Origin: a virus
Strand: one strand, 5' to 3'
IMG/VR virus record: IMGVR_UViG_3300010397_000045
Coordinates: 1-64,000 of that record
Length of the DNA: 64,000 bases
The notes below the pieces were generated by a model, which ran no database searches, was not told where the DNA came from, and worked only from the letters and a program-made list of their open reading frames with translations. Positions 58,065-64,000 of the stretch are shown piece after piece; the first letter of the stretch is position 1; each line of letters starts with the position of its first letter. The translations under genes and the position numbers were made by a program.

Positions 58065-59222
58065 ATGACGTATACGAAACCAACTGTACGTAGGGCGTGG
58101 GGAGAGACGGCCACTGGTGCCGATCTGACCGACCCAGGCGACATCTACGCGTCAGCCGGGTGGCCCCTCGGTCAGAAACCACCACGCCAATATTTCAACT
58201 GGGTGCTGAATTACACATTTGCGGCCGTGCGGTACTTCTGTCAGACTGGTGTGCCTGCGTGGGATGCCGCGGAGACGTATCCGATCAACGCCGTGGTCGT
58301 GACCTCCAACGGTTATCTGATGCGGTCGTTGCAAGATAATAACATCAACCACGTTCCTGATTCTGGCGCCTCGATCGGAGTTTGGTGGAACCCACCTAAG
58401 ACGGTTACGCCCCTGGCAGCTAACGCGAATGATTTTACGATACCTAACACCGCCTGGGTTCACTCCAATTTCCTGGCAGTCGGTTCGGCGTTCTCGGCCA
58501 TCAGCGGTTCCATCCAGAACGCCCAGGTGCCGTCCAGCGCCGTGACGCAATGGCAAGGCGCCCTGTCGATTGCGGGTAGCCAGATCACCGGTTCGGTGGC
58601 GTTGGCTGTCAAGGTCTCGATGGGCAACGGCAACTACTCCGCTCTCAATTTTGACAGCCAGAGCGGACAACCCAGCCGGGTGTTCGGCAGTAATAGCGGG
58701 AATAACGACACCATACATGGGTGGGACCCTAATAATTTCTCGGTGGCAAATTCGCAACAGTTGGCCGGGTTTAACCCGTCGATCAGCACGGGTGGAAACA
58801 CCATCGCCTTGCGTGATTCCAACGGATACCTGTTCGCTCAGTATTTCAATCAGCCCAGCCCCAACAACGAGAACTCGTCCATCAGCCAGGTGATGACGAC
58901 CCAGGGAAGTGATAATTTTATACGTAAGAGCAGCCTGGTACAACTACGGGCATCCATGGGGGTGTTCACCCTCTCGGATTTCCCCAGCGGCAACGGCTGG
59001 TTCAAACTCCCGAACGGCAAGATAGTTCAATGGGGTATAGCGTCGATCAGCGGCACGACCTTCGTGGGGTTCCCCATAGCTTTCCCCAGCGCGTGCCAGA
59101 GTTTCGTGATGTCCCCTATCGGGAGTAGCAACCAGTTCTTCATGAGCGGTGGTCCCGGTACTACGGGGGTCACGGTGACGAATGGTACAGCATCCATATG
59201 TTGGGTCGCAACCGGGGTTTAA
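58065..59222 (+). CDS. Tail fibre
   Basis: GW....PPRQYFNW...GVPAWD..ETY N-terminus; GWFKLPNGKIVQWG C-terminus. Confidence 0.85.
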   Translation: MTYTKPTVRRAWGETATGADLTDPGDIYASAGWPLGQKPPRQYFNWVLNYTFAAVRYFCQTGVPAWDAAETYPINAVVVTSNGYLMRSLQDNNINHVPDSGASIGVWWNPPKTVTPLAANANDFTIPNTAWVHSNFLAVGSAFSAISGSIQNAQVPSSAVTQWQGALSIAGSQITGSVALAVKVSMGNGNYSALNFDSQSGQPSRVFGSNSGNNDTIHGWDPNNFSVANSQQLAGFNPSISTGGNTIALRDSNGYLFAQYFNQPSPNNENSSISQVMTTQGSDNFIRKSSLVQLRASMGVFTLSDFPSGNGWFKLPNGKIVQWGIASISGTTFVGFPIAFPSACQSFVMSPIGSSNQFFMSGGPGTTGVTVTNGTASICWVATGV

Positions 59223-59226
59223 AATC

Positions 59227-59643
59227 ATGACCAAATATTACTACAGCCCGACGACTGGCGCGTTCTATACGCCGGAGGTGCACGGCCTGGTGGATCGGAT
59301 GCCCGGGGACATAACCGAGATAACCGAGGCAGAGTGGCAAAAGCTGTTGGCCGCGCAATCTTCCGGCAAACAGATCGTCGCCGGAACCCACGGCAAACCG
59401 ATCGCGGTCAAGTACCGGCACACTGATGAGGAGTTGGCCGCAGAGTTGCGTCGAGTCCGCAACCTGGCGCTGGCCGAGACGGACGGCTTGGTGGCGCGGC
59501 ACCGCGACGAGCTTGACATGGGGTTGGCTACGTCGATCGAAACCGAGAACTATCGCAGGCTCGTCAAGTGGCGCCAGGCTCTGCGCGACATAACCAAACA
59601 TCCGAAGTTCCCACAGGTCCGACTTCCCGAGAGACCTGTTTGA
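59227..59643 (+). CDS. Tail fibre assembly chaperone
   Basis: YYSPTTGAFY...R..RN..LAETD...WRQALRDIT..P.FP. Confidence 0.85.
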   Translation: MTKYYYSPTTGAFYTPEVHGLVDRMPGDITEITEAEWQKLLAAQSSGKQIVAGTHGKPIAVKYRHTDEELAAELRRVRNLALAETDGLVARHRDELDMGLATSIETENYRRLVKWRQALRDITKHPKFPQVRLPERPV

Positions 59644-59716
59644 GTAGGGGGTCCTCACGACGCGCTGTGTTGGTAAAGAATAAACCACCGCAGTCGCGAT
59701 GTTTTCCCCGGAAGTT

Positions 59717-59747
59717 GGCGGGGTCGGCTTTCGGCCCCGTCCTTTTT
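59717..59747 (+). terminator. Intrinsic terminator after the tail genes
   Basis: GGCGGGGTCG/CGGCCCCGTC stem followed by CTTTTT. Confidence 0.7.
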
Positions 59748-59773
59748 AATCTAACTGAAAGGAGAAACATGCG

Positions 59774-60163
59774 ATGTTTCGCACAGTCGTGGAAATGGTA
59801 ATGGGCACACTATCACCCGAACAGAGGACACTAATCATGCGCTCAGCGTGGGTTTCTATAGTCTCATTTCACATGGTGTGGGTCTGCGGCTGGGTCGGGT
59901 TCACCGGGCTGGAGGCTCCGTTCGCCCGAGCTGTGGACCTGAAACAGAATAATGATCAGCTCACTAGCATAGCTTCACAGTTACAAGATGACCGCATCGA
60001 ACGCCTGGAGTTGGCCATACAGACCGTCCGTGGGCAGCAGTGCCGCACAGCGACGGACTCACCCGCCAGACAGAATTACACCGACCGCCTCAACGACCTG
60101 TACGTCAAGTACTGGAAGATTGCCAAACGGGAACCTCATGTTCCAAGGTGTGATGAAACATGA
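59774..60163 (+). CDS. Membrane protein of the lysis region
   Basis: One predicted TM segment followed by a coiled coil. Confidence 0.55.
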   Translation: MFRTVVEMVMGTLSPEQRTLIMRSAWVSIVSFHMVWVCGWVGFTGLEAPFARAVDLKQNNDQLTSIASQLQDDRIERLELAIQTVRGQQCRTATDSPARQNYTDRLNDLYVKYWKIAKREPHVPRCDET

Positions 60164-60435
60164 ATATAGGAGACCTCGCCCAGATACTCACCCCCATAGG
60201 CGTGCTTGTGACGGCGTGGGTGTCTTGGGACAACAAGCGCATCCTACGGAAGCAGAACCAGGAACAAGCGCGTCAGTCAGAGAATATCCAGAAGATCGAG
60301 ATTGCGACCAACTCCATGAAAGATCAACTGGTAGCAGCAACAGCCGTGGCCGCAGAGCTGGTGGGGCGCGCCAAAGGTGTCACGGAAGGCATCAAGCAGG
60401 AACAGGATAACCCAACCGTAGGTAGGCAACCATGA
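60160..60435 (+). CDS. Holin/antiholin-like protein
   Basis: N-terminal hydrophobic segment; directly before the endolysin. Confidence 0.5.
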   Translation: MNIGDLAQILTPIGVLVTAWVSWDNKRILRKQNQEQARQSENIQKIEIATNSMKDQLVAATAVAAELVGRAKGVTEGIKQEQDNPTVGRQP

Positions 60436-60878
60436 AACTGAGCCCACTGGCACTGGCCATCCTCGAGTTCGCCGAAGAGTTGAAACTCGTGGCGTACCAG
60501 GATCAACACGGCGTATGGACGTGCGGTTACGGACATACCGGCCCGGACGTAGTACAGGGAACCACCTGCACGATGGACGGTGCTGCTGCGTGGCTCGCGC
60601 ACGACGTGGCGCACGCCGAGGATGCAGTCACTCATACCGTCAAGGTTCCCCTGTCGCAGCGGCAGTTCGATGCGTTCGTGTTGCTGACGTATAACATCGG
60701 GGCGGCCGCCTTCGCCGGTTCCTCCCTGCTACGCCTGTTCCACGGCGGCAACACGAGTGCCGCGGCGAACGAGTTCCTGGTATGGAACCACGTACAGGGC
60801 GCACCCAACACGGGGTTGACCCGGCGGCGTCGTCTGGAAAGATCTTTGTTCCTGGATAACTCGGAGTTCCTACCATGA
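60432..60878 (+). CDS. Endolysin, GH24 lysozyme
   Basis: E-x8-D-x5-T triad (EELKLVAYQDQHGVWTCGYGH), QFDA, GL.RRR..E..LF. Confidence 0.93.
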   Translation: MKLSPLALAILEFAEELKLVAYQDQHGVWTCGYGHTGPDVVQGTTCTMDGAAAWLAHDVAHAEDAVTHTVKVPLSQRQFDAFVLLTYNIGAAAFAGSSLLRLFHGGNTSAAANEFLVWNHVQGAPNTGLTRRRRLERSLFLDNSEFLP

Positions 60879-61180
60879 AGAGTCTGTGGATATGGTTCAA
60901 AAACAAGTTCGGTCGGGTGGTGACTGCGCTCGGCGGTGTCCTGATGACCCTGGATGCGGTGAGCCTGGACCCGATGCGCCCGTTTCTGAATGAGTACTTT
61001 GGTGAGAAAAAGGCGACCCGGGTCGTGGTGGTGACGGCGGCTTTCTTCTTCCTGCTCTCGTATATCCGCCACCAGATCGTCGCCAACCGGCACCCGGAAG
61101 ATACTGCCGTACTGCCACCGCCGGCTCCCGGAACTGTCAGTAGCTCGGACGTAGCTTATGGGAAGCGTGATCCGGTATGA
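60875..61180 (+). CDS. Holin-like protein with two TM segments
   Basis: Two hydrophobic helices; inside the lysis cassette. Confidence 0.55.
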   Translation: MKSLWIWFKNKFGRVVTALGGVLMTLDAVSLDPMRPFLNEYFGEKKATRVVVVTAAFFFLLSYIRHQIVANRHPEDTAVLPPPAPGTVSSSDVAYGKRDPV

Positions 61181-61190
61181 ACAACATAAC

Positions 61191-61631
61191 ATGGCGATAT
61201 CAAGCGTGATTAACAAACTCGAGATATACGGCATCGCGTTGGTCGTGGCCATACTCTGTGCCTGCGCTGCATACATCAAGGGGCGCTTCGATGAGAAGGC
61301 GGCCATCGTGCGGAAAACCAACGCTGACAACACCGTGGCCATGCAGCGGTGGGTTGAGACCGCGCAACAGCGCTCCCAGGCGGACGACCTCGCACGCCAG
61401 CGCACGCAGGACTTCATCAATACTGTGACCCAAGGAATCGATCATGTCAACGCGAAGTTCGCGAGGCTCCCCACCGTCGTGGTGGATGCGCGCGGTTGTG
61501 AGCGCCTTACCACTGCTGCCCGGATGCGTTGGAACGCCGTCGAGCTTCTGTCCGCCGGACAAGCTGACGCACCCGCCGGAAGCGCGGCTCCTGACGCCGT
61601 GCCGGCAGGCAGTGTGCCTGCTACCCGATAG
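61191..61631 (+). CDS. i-spanin (Rz-like)
   Basis: N-terminal TM, coiled coil, C-terminal Cys; overlapped by a lipoprotein gene. Confidence 0.7.
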   Translation: MAISSVINKLEIYGIALVVAILCACAAYIKGRFDEKAAIVRKTNADNTVAMQRWVETAQQRSQADDLARQRTQDFINTVTQGIDHVNAKFARLPTVVVDARGCERLTTAARMRWNAVELLSAGQADAPAGSAAPDAVPAGSVPATR

Positions 61632-61776
61632 CTTCGACGGATCGTCACTCACGGACCAGGCCAGCCAGGTCGAAGCCTGCCATGAGGAACGCGTGAAGGC
61701 ATACCTGGCCTGCGCCGCCAAGGACAGGGAGCTGGTCGAGTGGGTTCAACACAGAGTAGAGGAGCAGGTCAAATGA
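61486..61776 (+). CDS. o-spanin (Rz1-like lipoprotein)
   Basis: MRAVVSALPLLPGC lipobox in the +1 frame overlapping the i-spanin; Pro/Cys-rich. Confidence 0.65.
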   Translation: MRAVVSALPLLPGCVGTPSSFCPPDKLTHPPEARLLTPCRQAVCLLPDSFDGSSLTDQASQVEACHEERVKAYLACAAKDRELVEWVQHRVEEQVK

Positions 61777-62213
61777 ACGTGTTAGGTTGGATATGGTTCG
61801 CGATCGTGCAGCTCGTAGCGCTCGCGTTCACCGTGGTCGGATGGCTCCTGCTGATACCCTTCGCCTGGAGCCGCGCATGGGTGGTGAGACGATCGCGCGT
61901 GGCAGACTTCGACGGGCGCCAGGTAACCGCCTGGCGTGGCGGCTGGCTTACGTGGCCGTGGGGTAACGAGGAGGACGGTGTAACCGGCGCCGATTTCTAC
62001 CGGGAGCGGTTCAAGGACGAGCGCCGGTGTGCCTACCTGTGGAGCGCCTGGAGGAACCCCGCCAACAACCTCCGGTTTGTATTTCGTTGGCGGGGTGGGC
62101 CGTTCAAACGATGGGAGTGGACCTGGACCCTGCGCGGGGCTTCGCATCCGTTGTACTTCCAGCTCGGGTGGTACCCGAACGGTTACCCGGTACTATCCGG
62201 TGGCAAGCGTTGA
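61773..62213 (+). CDS. Trp-rich membrane protein
   Basis: N-terminal TM; WGNEEDG...WSAWRNPANNL. Confidence 0.65.
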   Translation: MNVLGWIWFAIVQLVALAFTVVGWLLLIPFAWSRAWVVRRSRVADFDGRQVTAWRGGWLTWPWGNEEDGVTGADFYRERFKDERRCAYLWSAWRNPANNLRFVFRWRGGPFKRWEWTWTLRGASHPLYFQLGWYPNGYPVLSGGKR

Positions 62214-62350
62214 CTACCCAGATCCAGGCGCGCTCGCACCAGGTGTTGTTTGTGATAACCTGTTCACGCACACCACAGCACACACAACGCCCCTGCCAGT
62301 ATCCAACATCACAGTCACAATTGGGTTGGGTATACATAACACATCTCCCT

Positions 62351-62635
62351 TTAACAGATCGAGTTGACAAGCTTGGCCCGCACGGCCTCAGGTGGCATAC
62401 CCCGCGCGAGGTCGTTCTGCACTGTCGCAACAGCGTTCTCGAGTTGGGCAGCCCGCCTAGCCAGTGATATGTTAGCCCGTACCAGTTGTGCGCAGCGCTT
62501 GTCGACGCACGTGATGTCAGCTTGATATTGTGCCCCTAAGATTTCCACCATTTTACGCATCCGCCGGTAGTGGAGATACGTTATGAGGAAGCAGAACAGG
62601 AACGCTGTGATAAAACCAGCTGTGAAAGTATTCAT
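62351..62635 (-). CDS. Hypothetical membrane-anchored coiled-coil protein
   Basis: ATGA overlap with the thyX stop; N-terminal TM. Confidence 0.55.
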   Translation of the reverse strand: MNTFTAGFITAFLFCFLITYLHYRRMRKMVEILGAQYQADITCVDKRCAQLVRANISLARRAAQLENAVATVQNDLARGMPPEAVRAKLVNSIC

Positions 62636-63435
62636 ATGCGTCTGCTCCTGAATTCCAGCCACTCTTTGAACAGCTCCCGCTCGTGTTGGAACAACCCGTA
62701 GGTGCGGGGGAAATGCTCCTCTACCAACACCCCCACCGCACGCGCGCACTCGCGTGTCTCGTGCATCACCCCTTCCTCGTCTCGTAGCGTGAGGAATGCC
62801 AACCAGTTGCGAAGGTTGGCCGAGGCGCGCATCCTCGAGTAGTGGCCTACCGGCATCCCCATGCGGGCCAGCTCTTTGGGGATTCCCAACTTCAATCCCA
62901 GTTGGTAGAACTCCTCGTCGTGCTCGTACTTGTGCATGAGGGCATCGTGCCATGCCACAATCTGCTCGTCTGTCGGCGGCGTCTGGTTCTTGACCAACCC
63001 CTGCAACTGCTTGTTGTGCGTCGCGGCGGCCTCGTGCGAGCGGCGCCGGATGAGTTCAAAGTCCGGCAGGTAGTATTCCTCGGGCAGTGGCGCATAGCGG
63101 GCTGACATCTCGTTGTAGCTCTGCGTGCGGTGCCGATGCCACTCACGGAACACCGCAATTGGCGCCTGGACCTCGACGATCATGCCGGCGAACTCAAAAG
63201 GGCCCGCGTGCTTCGGGTGACTGTTGAACAGGGTTTTCAATAACAGCTCATCCAGGGTCCACCCACGGAACGAGCCCTGCGTCGATTGACGTGCGGCCTC
63301 GATGATCCCGCATTCGTAATCAGCTTTAGAAAAGGTGGCGGGATCGCTGACCCATTCCGAGATACCGGCCTTACCGGTACCCCACGACTCAATGAACTTG
63401 ACGTAACCTTTCCCATCCAGAAGTTGGATATTCAT
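62632..63435 (-). CDS. thyX: Flavin-dependent thymidylate synthase
   Basis: H.GPFE, REWHRHRTQSYNEMSARY (RHRx7S), KELAR, NLRNW..FL.LR. Confidence 0.93.
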   Translation of the reverse strand: MNIQLLDGKGYVKFIESWGTGKAGISEWVSDPATFSKADYECGIIEAARQSTQGSFRGWTLDELLLKTLFNSHPKHAGPFEFAGMIVEVQAPIAVFREWHRHRTQSYNEMSARYAPLPEEYYLPDFELIRRRSHEAAATHNKQLQGLVKNQTPPTDEQIVAWHDALMHKYEHDEEFYQLGLKLGIPKELARMGMPVGHYSRMRASANLRNWLAFLTLRDEEGVMHETRECARAVGVLVEEHFPRTYGLFQHERELFKEWLEFRSRRI

Positions 63436-63959
63436 TTTTCATACTCCCATAAATCAACATGTTTACTACGACATTCGAACCATATGATCCCACTTATCTG
63501 ATGTACTCCCATCTGCTTGGTAGTTATGACAACCCGCTGTTGACATTCCACCAAGGTGTCATAAACGAAGTCTTCGTTTTCCACGCACAGGTTAGGCGTG
63601 CATGTGAACATGGCGTAGATCCTGTGCTCACCCGGGGCGGCCGCAAAAACCTCCAATGTAAGAAGGGCCAGCAGGATCGCAGAACACAATACCAACCAGC
63701 CTCGCGGTGACACCCGAAGCTTTTTAAGCTGTAGCTTAGCCGCACCCCGTCCTACCCCAGCCTTCGTGACCGCAAACGGCTCGCCGGTAGCCCAGTGGCT
63801 CTCCAATCGGGCCTTCCGTAAAGCCTTCCAGGCGCGCCTGGTCGCCAACCCTTCTGCGACCTGCCAGAGGGCTACCGCAAGGATGATTAGAACGACGATC
63901 AGGAGCAATCCCGCCTGCGACCAGCTGAGGTGCTCTTGCCACCCCCATAAGGCGCTCAT
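63432..63959 (-). CDS. Hypothetical membrane protein
   Basis: Two hydrophobic segments; ATGA overlap with thyX. Confidence 0.5.
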   Translation of the reverse strand: MSALWGWQEHLSWSQAGLLLIVVLIILAVALWQVAEGLATRRAWKALRKARLESHWATGEPFAVTKAGVGRGAAKLQLKKLRVSPRGWLVLCSAILLALLTLEVFAAAPGEHRIYAMFTCTPNLCVENEDFVYDTLVECQQRVVITTKQMGVHQISGIIWFECRSKHVDLWEYEK

Positions 63960-64000
63960 GATTCGTCCACCAGCATGGTACGAGCCACATCTATGACCAT

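Noticed and set aside
58065-59643. Diversity-generating retroelement or invertible tail-fibre cassette
   Set aside because: No reverse transcriptase, invertase or template/variable repeat pair was seen.

Overview
A near-complete (probably circularly permuted) genome of a GC-rich tailed dsDNA phage of a Gram-negative host; spanins are present and no integrase or repressor is visible. The minus-strand early/replication arm (1-19.1 kb, apparently continuing at 62.3-64 kb) carries a truncated C5-cytosine methyltransferase-like gene, SNF2 helicase, VRR-NUC, HNH, Cas4-like exonuclease, family A DNA polymerase, MazG-like pyrophosphatase, DUF1643, SSB-like protein, Rieske-domain protein, DUF3310, primase-helicase and ThyX. 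An AT-rich divergent control region (19.07-19.66 kb) holds promoters, direct repeats and an attenuator. The plus-strand late arm encodes a Q-like regulator, TerS/TerL, DUF1073 portal, MuF, a Nudix-DUF2213 protease fusion, DUF2184 capsid, a contractile tail and baseplate, tail fibre and lysis cassette, plus two inserted blocks of repeat-rich fibre-like proteins. The most striking unexplained element is a ~330-nt structured non-coding RNA (11360-11690) directly downstream of a DIP1984/DUF6847-like coiled-coil gene. It contains a tRNA-Leu-shaped domain whose anticodon loop is replaced by a GAAA tetraloop, followed by a periodic (C)AAG(G) repeat tract, all closed by long-range helices. All family assignments come from motif recognition by eye, not from database searches.
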